In this document: positions 34,600 through 46,704 of the stretch, one piece after another
Layout of the letters: every line of letters starts with the position of its first letter
How positions within the stretch are numbered: position 1 is the first letter of the stretch
Origin: Octopus bimaculoides
Taxonomy: Eukaryota
Length of the DNA: 49,363 bases
Direction of reading: 5' to 3'
Assembly: GCF_001194135.2 (NCBI RefSeq)
Contig: NC_068986.1
Coordinates: 40,448,424 to 40,497,786 of the forward strand
Translations under genes and position numbers: made by a program
Notes under the pieces: model-generated
What the model was told of the DNA's origin: nothing
What the model saw: the letters and a program-made list of their open reading frames with translations, nothing else
Database searches by the model: none

Positions 34600-36300
34600 A
34601 ATTATTTCCTTGTTGGTTTTAAATTGCTGTTAGCCACCTTGATCATTTTATGTGTGTTTGTGTGTGTAGATGAGAGGCTTCTTTCAGTTTCCATCTATCA
34701 AATCCACTCACAAGGCTTATATATATTCCCATGTCCTGCTACTTTTTAGGTTTCTTTATGTATTGTCCCAAAACATAAAAGTGCTTAACCTACACCTGTG
34801 TGGATGTATATAGCAAGTAGATATGTAATGCAAACCCAGGCTTGACTAATGATGAACCCATGTCCATGCAAGGTAAAATGTGTGAAACCTAGGTATGGAA
34901 CCATGCATAATGAATGATATATTGATTAAACTGACAGAAAGTTGTAAATTAATTGCTATTTAAATTATATATTAAAAGCTCATGTGCTTCCATGTGTAAA
35001 CATTACACTATGGAAAACTTTGTCTTCGTATGTAAATATTACCAGATAACTTTCTTTCCATGTGTAAACACTGCAATATAACTTTATTTGCTTGTGTAAA
35101 CATTACCAGATGACAGCTTTGATTATATTTCAACATAGGTTTCTAAAAAGTAAATAATTCTGTTTGTTTACATTGGAAGCAACAACATTTGTCCAAAATT
35201 TATTGGCTACCACCAATACTTTTGTGAGGTTTGTGATGGTGGTGGCGGAAGAGGTAGTGGTAGTGTTGGGGTTGTGAATGAATAACCATTGGCCAAGTGG
35301 AGAAGGCGAATTGATATGAAAGATAAAGGAGGAGAGATGTCTAGAAAAATTCGTCTGTGTATGTGTCTTTTCTCCTGAAACTTTTAAAGAGAGAGTGTTT
35401 GGGAAATGTGTTTTGAAGAAGATGATACCGAGCTGAAGGAGATGAAAAGAAGAGAAAGAATCATATCAGACTTTGTAACAACAAACACCATGATATTCTG
35501 TGGCACTCATATACATGTGTGTGTGTACATATATATATACACACACACACATACATACATACACAAATATATACATGCACGCATACACACATATTTAGAA
35601 ACAGTTCTATTGGGTGTTAATAAATGAAAGCTGGCAGTTTGAATTATTCCGTAATCAATATTTTCAGTATGAAGGGGGAGATGATGGTGTTGAATCTAAC
35701 ATGTGCATCATTTAAACACGACTACCATTTCTAATCTTCTGTTCTGGTCAAAATTTTCATATTTTAATTGAAACCTCTTCAAATTATATATATTTTTTTT
35801 TAATTCTAAAGTATCACTTTTTATTGATGTTGTTGTTGTTATTGCTGGTCTTGTACATGTTTTTTTTTGTTTTTGGAATTTTTTCTTTTTCTTTTTTTGT
35901 TTTTTTAAAAATTATCTGAAAGTCTTTCAATGTGTGTTTGCGTGTATGTGTGTCTTGAGTCTTGTTACATGTTATTCTAGTCTCTCAAGTATGGTAACGA
36001 CCATGAAGAGAAATTCAGCATTATTAACAATATCGTTGTCGGCCATTGTTATTTCTAACAAACCTCCTACTCATCATCATCATCATCATCGATCGTCATC
36101 ATCATAATTGTTATTGTTATTATCATCATGATGATCATCATCATCTTCGTTGTTATTGATTGGATTTTTTTTTTTTTTTCATAGCTTCTAAATAGCAGCT
36201 GTTTGGTTTGGAGAAGTTAATTTTCATGACTTGATGAAATTATTTCTAAAACCCTATCTTTTTTTTTTTTTTCATTTTTCATAATAACAGCAATCCTAAC

Positions 36301-36354
36301 CTGTATTCTCCATAGAAAGTAGCAAATCCCTTGTGGTGGTGCCGGTAATGTGGG
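36301..36354 (-). CDS. Candidate 54-nt exon (unverified)
   Basis: Minus-strand acceptor CTTTCTTTCTTCGATGATCGCCAG and donor CAG|GTTAGG. Length is divisible by 3 and all three frames are open (e.g. PHYRHHHKGFATFYGEY). Confidence 0.28.
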
Positions 36355-38819
36355 CTGGCGATCATCGAAGAAAGAAAGTATAAGGGTCAATTCAATCAAC
36401 TGTATAACCCAACTCCCAAATCTATTACAATTTGTACCTTTTTTAAGAATTATTTCAGTCTTGCCATTATTGTTCTCTCATTGCCAAACTGACATTCTTT
36501 TCCAATGACTTTTGTGATGTGATACTCTTTGTTCCATTCCTTCATTTTTTAAATTTTTTTTTTTACTTGTTTCAGTCATTGGACTGCAGCCTTGCTAGGG
36601 CATTGTCATGAAGGGTTTTAGTCAAGAAAACAATTGACCTCAGTACTACTATTTTCCCCTTTTTGGCACTTATTCTGTCGGTCCCTTTTGCCAAACCACT
36701 GTTATTGGAATGCAAACAAACCAACACCAGTTGTTGAGTGGGTGAGTTGAGAGACAAACACAAACACACATTGACATGCATGATATGTTTCCAAACAGTT
36801 TCTGTCTACCAAATTCACTCACAAGGCATTGGTTAGCCCCCAGAGCTTAAAAGAAGACACTTGCCCAAGGTGCCACACAATAGGACTGAACCTAGACAGT
36901 CCCTTGTCTGTCTGTTGACAACTTTTTCCCATCTTTTAAGGATAATAATACCCAAAATTTCTGCTGTTTTCATGGCTATACTGCATTCGAAATATTACCT
37001 TCTTGTCTGTACAATACAACACATGTTTAACACTTCTAAAAACAAAATAAAAGTTTGTTTACATATGTTGTTGTTGCAACCTTGTCATTATTAAGTTAGT
37101 GATTCAAAGAAATTAGTATAAAATTTTGAGAGAAGAAATTTGGATCACTTTAAACCTGGACTTTGTATCATGAAAGCAGAGACATCAGCTTAATTAAGGA
37201 GAAAAGATGGTCATTAAATGAACTCCAGTATATTATAGGTACTTATCTTTATCAACCCTGTAGTAAGCTGACAGGATTTTAACTCACAAATTAGTGAGCT
37301 TATAAAGCAGTATGTTTTATAATGTAATCTGTGGGGCAAGTCTATGCCCATAGCCTTTCCAGGCCTTGTGGAATGAGGAAATAGTGACATTTGTGTAAGG
37401 TTAATATGATCACATGATATTTACATCTGTTATTTTGAATGCACATTTTAATGCCTTGTACTGGTGAGTGGGTGGACAGGGGGAATTTGAAATTATTTTG
37501 GAAGAACTCATGCTATACAGGATGTTGACGAAATTTGTGTCATCCTCCTCCTCCTCCTCATAATTTAACATCTGTTTTTCATGCTGGTATGGGTTGGACA
37601 AGGTTAATAATGTGGTTACTGGTAGGTTTAAACTTACTGAGGATTAGTTATTGGAATGAAGAAGAGAGAGAGAGAGAGGGCAAGAGATAAATTCTTGGTG
37701 GACAATATTGGATCAAATATTGAGTGCAAGCCCTAGAAATAGTACTACTAGAAAACTATATGTATATATATTTCTAGTTCAACTAATTTAATAAGCTGAT
37801 GACATTCTTAAATCAGTAGAGGGTCAGATGATAGAGGTGGTGAGTTGAATTGAAAGTGTACAGACCAGACCATTGTAGTAATGATAGAACAATAGATATG
37901 TTATTATGAATGTTGGTTTATTAGACAGATAAATGTGCTTTATTTGTACTTTCTTTTTTACTTATTGTGATCCTGAATGTTGACATGAAAGGAACACAAC
38001 CCCTTGGAATGTAGGATAGTATTATAGGATACTGAAAACTCACTCAATTTTGTGTTAGGTCAACTGTTAAATGTTTCAATAATTCTCTGACTTTGAGAAG
38101 AAAACACACACACGCACACACACAGACTGGAGTGATTGTAATGTAACCTTTGCTATATGGTATAATAGGGAGTTGACATGATAAGTCTAGTGTTGTAGTT
38201 TCTCAGATATCACCTTCCTATCTATAATACTTGTCAAAATTGATTTTTAGCACTGACACAAGGCCAATTATATTTGAGAGGAAGGGTATGGTTGATTAAA
38301 TTTACCTCAGTAGTTAACTGTGGTATCTTATTTTATCAACTCCCAGAAGGATAAAAGCCAAAAGCTGACCTTTGCAGAATTTAAATTTGGAATGTGAAGG
38401 TGTAGCAACTAACCCCTCCACAAAGTATTTTCCAATGAATCCCCCCCACCTCCCTCACTAACATGTGCCAATATTGATAGTTAACTTTTAACTACTTCAC
38501 TTATCAAAACAAGAATATAACTATTTAATTGGATATTATACCAATATTAAAACATTTCTAATAATTGGAAAAGTGTTTTTTTTTGTTGTTTTTGTTTTTC
38601 TATTTGTTTACTAATTTAAGAAATGTCATTACCTTCATAAAATTAGCTAGAACTAGAATATAAAGTTTTTCAATACTATTACCTCTAACATTATATTTCT
38701 GTTGACATATTCCTATGGCAATATGTTGGTGTCATTTAAAAATTTGAAAAAAACAAAACAAAAGAAAAAAGCTCTAAATTATAATAATTTCATGTAGCTA
38801 ATTATTTTACTTTCTTCAG

Positions 38820-38909
38820 CAAAAGGCCAACATTTGTGGTGATAAGAAATAATATATTATTCAGACGATACCCTCGTTTTATTGGTGTTGAAGCAGAATG
38901 GAAGAGAAG
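38820..38909 (+). CDS. Candidate 90-nt exon (unverified), KRPTFVVIRNNILFRRYPRFIGVEAEWKR
   Basis: Branch-like CTAAT, acceptor TTTTACTTTCTTCAG, one open frame, phase 2-2 symmetric, and a modest donor AAG|GTGACA. Confidence 0.3.
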
Positions 38910-39149
38910 GTGACATAATATTTTGATTACAAGCAAATAAAACTTCAGTTAAAGTCCATTGCACATATTTTTTGCCCTCGTTGTCGTCATTGTCTTCATT
39001 AAGGTTAATATTTTTCCCATTTGTTGAACCACTAAGTTATGGGGATGTAAACACTGGTTGTCATGCAGTGGTGGGGGACAGACAGACAGACACACACAAA
39101 CACACACACACACACACATACACACACATACATATAAACATTTATATAT

Positions 39150-39600
39150 TTTCATCATCATCATCATTTAACATCCGTTGTCCATGCTAGTATGGGTTGG
39201 ATGATTTGACCAGAGTTGGCAAGCTGGATTCCCTTCCTAATGCCAACCACTTTACAGAGTGTACTGGGTGCTTTCACATGGCACTGCATGGGTGCTTTTA
39301 TGTGGCACTGGCACAGGGCTCTTGTAAGTCAATCCTCTCTATTCAGGGGAGTAGACTTAACACTTCTGCTGTAGTGTAGGGATCTTCTTGAGTACCAAGG
39401 ATCCCAGTCCTTTGTCATCTTACTTGAAAGGTTCAGCATCCTGAGGTCATTCTTCAGTACTCTGTCCTGTGTCTTCCTGGGTATCTCGCTTCCACTTGTT
39501 CCATCTACTTTGAGAGATCAGCACTTCTTTATGGAGCTGTTGGCATCCATCCACATCACATGAGCAAACCAGCACAGTCTTCTCTCTTGTACACATCTTC
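39150..39600 (-). mobile_element. 5'-truncated RTE-clade LINE: decayed ORF C-terminus, 3' UTR and (GAT)n tail
   Basis: About 39600-39390 translates RCVQERRLCWFAHVMWMDANSSIKKC*SLKVDGTSGSEIPRKTQDRVLKNDLRMLNLSSKMTKDWDPW, matching the RTE pattern RRLRWxGHVxRM..GRPRKTW. It is followed by the family F sequence. Confidence 0.85.
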
Positions 39601-40679
39601 CCTTTTTTAAGAATAGTGGAGTGTGTTATGAAGAAGATATTGTTTAGTAGGTGAGTGACACTGTAGCAACTATTTTCTTGGCTCAAGAAACATCATTCAC
39701 TTAGTCCTGAGTCATCCCTGACCCGAACACTCTTGTTTTTAATTTTTATTTTTTGTTCAGGTAAAGTGCATTAATCAATTGTGGATGAGAGGAAATAAAT
39801 ATTAATAAATGTTTAAGTTTATCGAGTTCAGAGTCAACACTGAAATAATGATGTTTCATATAGAAATACGTCTATGTAAACAATATAATCAAAAATAGTA
39901 GAAATAGACCATATCTTCAATTACTACTTAGACATATTTATATTTCATATTCATATTTGTTTACATAGAATATGTCTATATGCAAAACATTGTAACTTTT
40001 AGTGCTGGCTCTGAACTCTATAGAAAAGATGTAGATAAAAACTTAAAAATGAAAACATCGCACTGCTAACACAAAGAGGCGCAATATTGACTTGTAGACC
40101 TTTAATATACTTGGTAGCATATTATGGTTGCAAAACGAAATACTGTGTCCTTGCTAGCAATTAATGATTGAAAATATGTCAGTTAATCTGGCTGTTGAGT
40201 ACATATTGATCAGCTAAACATTAAAAGTTAGCCATGATCAATCAACAAACTATCCAGGCTGGAGAATTGATACTCATCCATTTAATGTCATAAAGCCAGA
40301 GCAGAACACTATCTCTTAAAGAGAAAGAGAGAGAGAGAGAGAGAGTTATTGGAGCTCAGGAGACTTCACAATAATAGTCAAGTTAGTACCGGCAAGTTTC
40401 AGTGTAGTGAGAATTACAGATCTAATTAGTAATAATTACGTAGTGATCTTCTCTATCCTTAATCTCTCTTTTACATTCATCTTGTACCTTAAGTGTACAC
40501 CCTCGCCATCTCTTTTTCTTTTTCACTTTCCAGTTGGAGAGACCATGCATTCTCCTCTTCAGCAAGACATCTTTTTCTGTCCCTCTATTGTACTTTCACT
40601 CCTTTAATAGAATACCACACTCAGCTGAGTGGGCCTTGCTTTGTGAGTAACTTGGTGACCTCACTCATGACTATGCCTT

Positions 40680-40865
40680 GAAAAAAAGCACCCACTACAC
40701 TCTGGTAAGTTGGTTGGCATTGGTAAGGACATCCAGCTGTAGAAATCATACCAAAGCAGATTGTGAAAGTCAGTACAGTCCTCTGGCTTGTCATCTCATG
40801 TCACGATTGTCCGACCCATGCCAGCATGGAAAATGAGATTTTAAATGACAATGATGATGATGAAT
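40680..40865 (+). mobile_element. RTE LINE 3'-UTR fragment (family F)
   Basis: AAAAAGCACCCACTACACTC, GGTTGGCATTGG and CCCATGCCAGCATGGAAAA, ending in (GAT)n. Confidence 0.82.
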
Positions 40866-41689
40866 AAATAACATTTGAACAATGGCTAGTTATTTTAACC
40901 ATTTTAGCAGGTATGAGAGATAACTTTAGGCATATTTTGTTTTATTAGACTTCTTCAGTGGTGCATAAATTTTATTGTACTTACCAAAATAGTGAGGAGA
41001 GAATTGCTAGATAGATTATGCAATATTGTACACTGTGAATAGGTATGAAAAATTAGTATGGCTACACAAGTTGACTTATAATCTCATGGTTTTTTGTTTT
41101 ATCCCACTGTGTGGCAACCTTGGGCAAGTGTCTTTTACTAAAGCCTTGGGATAACCAACACCTTTGAGTGGAATTGATAGATAGAAACTGTATGGAACCT
41201 TTTTTTTATTTTGTGTGTGTGTGTGTGTTTCCTTGTCTTGACATGGTATGATGTTTATGAATGAATGTTACCTTCATACCAGTGGCGTTATTCATTTCCA
41301 GTGTTCTGTGAAAGCATAACTGATCATAGGAAATACACACACACACATGATGAGCTTCTTTCAGTTTCCATTTATCAGATCTACTCACAGGGTTTTGGTC
41401 AGCCCTAGGCTATAGTGGAAGACACCAAAGATGCCATGCAGTGAGACTAACCCAAAGCCATGTGGTTGTGAAGTGAATTTCTTAACTCCACAGACATGCT
41501 TGCACCTCCCTCTCCTTCCCTCCCCCTCTCTCTCGCTCTCTCTCTCTATACATACAGATATGCATATTACTTTTTACTTATTTCAGTTATTTGACTGTGT
41601 CCATGCTGGGGCACTGCCTTGAAGAATCTTTAGTCAAATGAATTGACCCTGGGACTTTTTTTTAAAGCCTGGTACTTATTCTATCATTC

Positions 41690-41790
41690 TCATAACTTAC
41701 AGAGTATGCTTCTCTTTCGGATTTATGATTAGCTTATGATATATATTGTTGTGTCTGAAGAGGGTCATTCTGTTTTGATGCCTTATTAAT
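41690..41790 (+). mobile_element. Relic related to the 2600-2760 Penelope-like repeat
   Basis: Shares TCATAA..GTATG..TTATGATTA..TTGTGT-CTGAAGA (41755-41761). No GAAA half follows. Confidence 0.35.
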
Positions 41791-41883
41791 TAACACAGTC
41801 ACTGGTTCTGTTTCCACTCATATACTTTTTTTTTCTAAAATTTTCATTGCTTCGTGTAACCTCTTCAATAGTACACACACACA

Positions 41884-42042
41884 GCAGGCTTCTTTCAGTT
41901 TTTATCTACCAATTCCACTCACTCACTCACTCACTCCAAGGCTATAGCAGAAGACACTTGCCCAAGTGGGATTGTCCATAGTGGGATTGAACCCAAAGCC
42001 ATGTGGTTGGGAAGTCAAGCTTCTTATCACACAGCCATGCCT
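41884..42042 (-). mobile_element. Family A SINE head, degraded
   Basis: CAGGCTTCTTTCAGTT, AGAAGACACTTGCCCAAG and CACACAGCCATGCC. Confidence 0.75.
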
Positions 42043-42329
42043 ATATATGTATATATATATTCCATTCAGGAGGATAAGAAATACTAAATTGATATTTAAT
42101 CAAAAGCAGAAAAATCTTAAAACCAAAAACATATGTTGAGCTTTAGTGTGTATGTAGTTGTATTTTGTTGCAGAACAGCTTAATCCTGAAACAGTTATAC
42201 AGTTGTAGTGAATAGCTCATTTAACAAAACATTTAGTAAACAGCTTGTTTAAAAAACACTTATGCAGATAAGGTGAAATCTGAGAGTTTACACCTTCACT
42301 AAAGTATGTATACCAATTATATCTCCATA

Positions 42330-42725
42330 GGCGCAGGCATGGCTGTGTGGTAAGTAGCTTGCTTACCAACTACATGGTGCCAGGTTCAGTCCTGCTGTGT
42401 GACATCTTGGACAAGTGTCTTCTACTATAGCCTTGGACCAACCAAAGCCTTGTAAGTGGATTTGGTAGTCAGAAACTGAAAGAAACCCATTGTATGTGTG
42501 TGTGTGTGCGTGGTTGTGTATGTTTGTGTGTCTGTGTTTGTCCCCCAACCATCGCTTGACAACCGATGTTGGTGTGTTTACATCTCTGTAACTTAGTGGC
42601 TTGGCAAAAGAGACCCATAGAATAAGTACTAGGCTTACAAAGAATAAGTCCTGGGGTCAGTTCATTCAACTAAACGTGGTGCTCCAGGATGGCTGCAGTC
42701 AAATGACTGAAACAAATAAAAGAAT
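42330..42725 (+). mobile_element. Family A SINE
   Basis: GGCGCAGGCATGGCTGTGTGGTAAG through CAAATGACTGAAACAAATAAAAGA. Confidence 0.93.
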
Positions 42726-42739
42726 AGTATTTTTTTTTT

Positions 42740-42954
42740 ATCGTTACCTTTGATTGTATCCCATAATTTGTATCCACCTGGACAGGACACTAGTCTGTCA
42801 CATGGTTACCCGTTTTTTTGCCAGCTAAGTGGACTTGTGCAACATGAAATGAAGTGTTTTGCTCAAGAACACAATATCTCACCCAGTCCAGGAATCGAAA
42901 CCACAATGTTACGGTCATGACTCCAACACCCTAACCACTAAGCCACGTGCTTCC
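42740..42954 (-). mobile_element. SINE with D-type head
   Basis: TTGCTCAAGAACAC, GGAATCGAAACC and CCTAACCACTAAGCCACGTGCTTCC. Confidence 0.82.
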
Positions 42955-43071
42955 ACTAGGGTTACATTTCAGCACCAGAGACTGACTTGTTGAACTCAAG
43001 TCAGTGAGGGAACTAATGCAGTCACATGAGCTGATAGAACAAGCAGCTAAATTTCCCTCTGAACACACTCT

Positions 43072-43103
<32 letters not shown>

Positions 43104-46100
43104 TTAGCATCCATTTTCCCATGGGTCAGACAGAATTTGTTGAGGTAGATGACCTTCCTATTGCCAATCCTCACCTATTTCCAAGCAAGGTAATATTCCT
43201 TCATGGCCAGGAATGTTTTTCATGGAAGACTGGAGATGATCAGTATCGCTTGCACGATGCTTTGTATACTTGTTTACAACCATCACATTGTGTCAAGATA
43301 AGGATACACTCTCTGTCTCTCACGCACACACACAAACATGCAAAGAATCTTGTTACATGTGTGTATATACACACATGCACATGCATGTATATGACAGGCT
43401 TCTTTCAGTTTCTATCCACTCAATCCACTCACAAGACTTTGGTTGCCCAAACCACTTGCCCAGGGTACCACACAGTCAGATTAAATTCAAGACCACATGG
43501 TTGAGAGCCACACTTCTTAACCACATTGCCACATTTGGACCTTACTATCTTAAAACAAAACAAATAAAAAACACGTTAGATAAAATAGTCTTCAATATAC
43601 TTTGAATAAAAAATGGTGTGATGGTCATGGCTAGAATGCCTTTGATCATAAATCCTTGTATTGGAGTTAACCTGAGGTTAGATAACAACAATTTGTTGGA
43701 AGTATGTTTGACAATCCTGTTGTGAAACTATTTGTCCACTTATCCTTACTTCTACAATGTTAACATACAACAGAGCTTTTGTTAAGCAAAACCATTATGT
43801 TTTTGTCAAGATGGAATACCATACTACACTCTAAACTTCTATAAATATACTTGTAAATGTCTAAACTGGAAATATCACCAATTTATACTTCTTCATGGAT
43901 GCTTGATATGATATTTTATACACAGGTGTACATTTATGTCTACACAGACATATAAACACAAATACACGCACATTCAAGTATGCAGACAAATTTTGTATGT
44001 TATATTAACAATTGTGCTATTCATTCTACCAAAAAAAGAAAGAAAAAGAAAAGCCATCAATATTTATTATTGAATAAGTTTTGACTTGTATGTCTCAGCT
44101 GAAGCCAATCTGTTATATATATCATTGAATTATCAAAGATTTCCAATACTTGCAGACTAACAGCACTTCCTGAATCTTGAAAACACAAGATAGGAAGTAT
44201 TGTATTAGTCATTTAGTTTTTGTTAGAATCGACGAATAACCAAAACAAAGGTATGAAGATCAATTTGTAAAATAAACTGAATAAGTAAATAGCTTCTATG
44301 AACCTTTTGCTACAGATTTAGATTGCTGTGAGCTTTTCAGAATCATGCATCTAAATTTTATATTGAGCCAACATTTAGGCGTAGACATTAACAAAAGGCT
44401 TTATAACAATAGAGTAATTGTAATTCCCTTAGCCTAGAAATATTAGCAGATCATTCTAGAGCAGACAAAAGACTGCAAGACATTGAGAGGAAATAATACT
44501 TATTTCTGAAAGCGAAATGCAATGAAACAGTATTTGATGCAATTTTTCAGTTTTTCTGAATTTGTTTTCACTAACAATCAACATTACTATGTCTACCACT
44601 CTTATGCTCCAACTCGGTGTCTTTTACTATATTCTTGCACTAAAACTGTCTTAGGCAATGATTTCTTGTCAGAAATATGTCTGTAAAAGTCCTATAATAA
44701 ACTAATGTTACAATCAATACACTATATTACTCCAACAGAATGTTATTAATGGCGATGCTATTTTGTAGATTGCTGATTTACATATGGATAAGACTATTCT
44801 AAGTTATTAGTGGATAATTAATAGCTGAATAATTTTTTCATTTTATATATATATATATATATTATTGTAAAATTGTATTGGTTCCTTATAGACATAATTA
44901 TGTTTTCAACTTATGAAAAATAGCCACCCTGTTTTTATGTATACAGGTAGTGTAATAAGCAAATGAATAGTTATTTTGTATATGTGTGTGTGTATGAGAG
45001 TGAGAGAGAGGAGGGGCTATATTTATGCATAAAATTTGATAGAAATTGATTCAATAAATAAAATCTTATTGGAAAAATATTATTTGCTATGAAAAAGAAA
45101 AGAGAAGAAACCATTTGTTTTGTCCAAAATAGCAAATATATAATAATATAATTGTAAAAAGACATGAGTTTATTTGAAAGTTCTTGAAACATTAAAAAAA
45201 ATGTCCATGATTAGATAAAAAGATAACTGATAAAATTATACTTTACTGACAATTTGGTAAGATAACATAGACTATATATTTAAAATATACTTTCACTCTA
45301 TTATAAAAATTTGTGTTGTGCAATAATCTCTTCTTTATTATAGATGTTGGGTAAAGACACTAACCTTGATATTTCAGACATAAAGCTTATGAGTTCAATC
45401 AGAATTTAACACTTCGTATAAAAAAAAAAAGGAAAAAAAGAAGTCTCAATCTATTGGGAAATCATTTGAAATTAATTAATTTTTTTTTATATGAATGAAA
45501 GTTTTGTACAGAGTAATTGAAAATGATTGCTGTAGATGTACATAAAACATAAATACAAAAACAGTGTATTGGAAATTTAATAAATGAAATGATTGTGGTA
45601 AGTCTGATGGCTGAGAAGTTAAAGTGTTAGATTACTGAATAAATTGGTTGTGTGTTTAAACTATATTACAGCTATTGTGCTGAGGCATATAACCCTTACA
45701 AACCTTGGTCTACTGGACTGATGAATTAGCTTCATTGTCATTTTCCAGTCCAGGTATCCAACTGTATGTAATATCCATTGTATTAAACAGTAAAGAAATG
45801 TTTAGCTTTACAAAAGCCATCCCACTTATGGAAAAATGGATGTAATATTGACCTCAATGTGTGAATACTCCTCACTCCTTCATGTTAAAATAATTGGATG
45901 GTCTTGCTATACAGTACATCACCAATTATCTATGCTATTGAAGTTATATCTATATTTTGCAGCATATTTTAGCTGATGTCATTAATATTCAGCTGCCTTC
46001 CTTGCTCTCATGTTCTCATGCTATTTAATAGTAGATTGGTAGAACTGGGGAAAAAAAAATTCCTTGCAGTATTTAGTTAAGCTTGTTTACATTCTGATTT

Positions 46101-46114
46101 CAAAACCCACTCAG

Positions 46115-46290
46115 TGCAGGTGTGGCTGTGGTTGGCAAGCTTGCTCCCAACTATGTAGTCTCAGGTTCAGTCCTGTTGTTTAGTACCTGGAGCAAGTGTC
46201 TTCTACTAGGTCAGACAAAGCCTTGTTAGTGGATTTGGTCAACAAAAACTGAAAGAAACCCATTGTGTGTTTGTATTGTGTGTGTGTGTG
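46115..46290 (+). mobile_element. Family A SINE head, degraded
   Basis: GCAGGTGTGGCTGTGG, CAAGTGTCTTCTACTAG and GTGGATTTGG..AACTGAAAGAAACCC. Confidence 0.75.
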
Positions 46291-46463
46291 TACATACATA
46301 CATATGTATATACATATATATATATACATCCATATATATATATATACATACATACATACATACATACATACATACATGGTTAGTCAAAAATCATCTGACA
46401 GTAAATCAAAACCATTTAATTTTAAGATTTATTTATGTTTAACAACTGAATGAATTTAATATG

Positions 46464-46603
46464 CTAGAAGGAGTAGCCAAAATCCAAGCCACTATTTAGA
46501 GTTCGAAACCATGGCCCAGGAGATAGATGGTAAATGTTTTTATTTTTCATTCCCTTCAAAATTTATCACTAAGAGCGGTTTGGATTTTGGCTACTCCTTC
46601 TAG
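46464..46603. mobile_element. 140-bp fold-back element (MITE) with CTAG ends
   Basis: CTAGAAGGAGTAGCCAAAATCCAA (46464-46487) is the perfect reverse complement of 46580-46603; imperfect pairing continues inward. Confidence 0.8.
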
Positions 46604-46704
46604 TGTTTTATGTGTCCTATGATGGTCACCTCTTATGTGTTTAAAGGTATTGAAAAATCTGTAGAAGCTGGAGAGAAATAAATTTGTGGCCTGTATCTTA
46701 ATAA

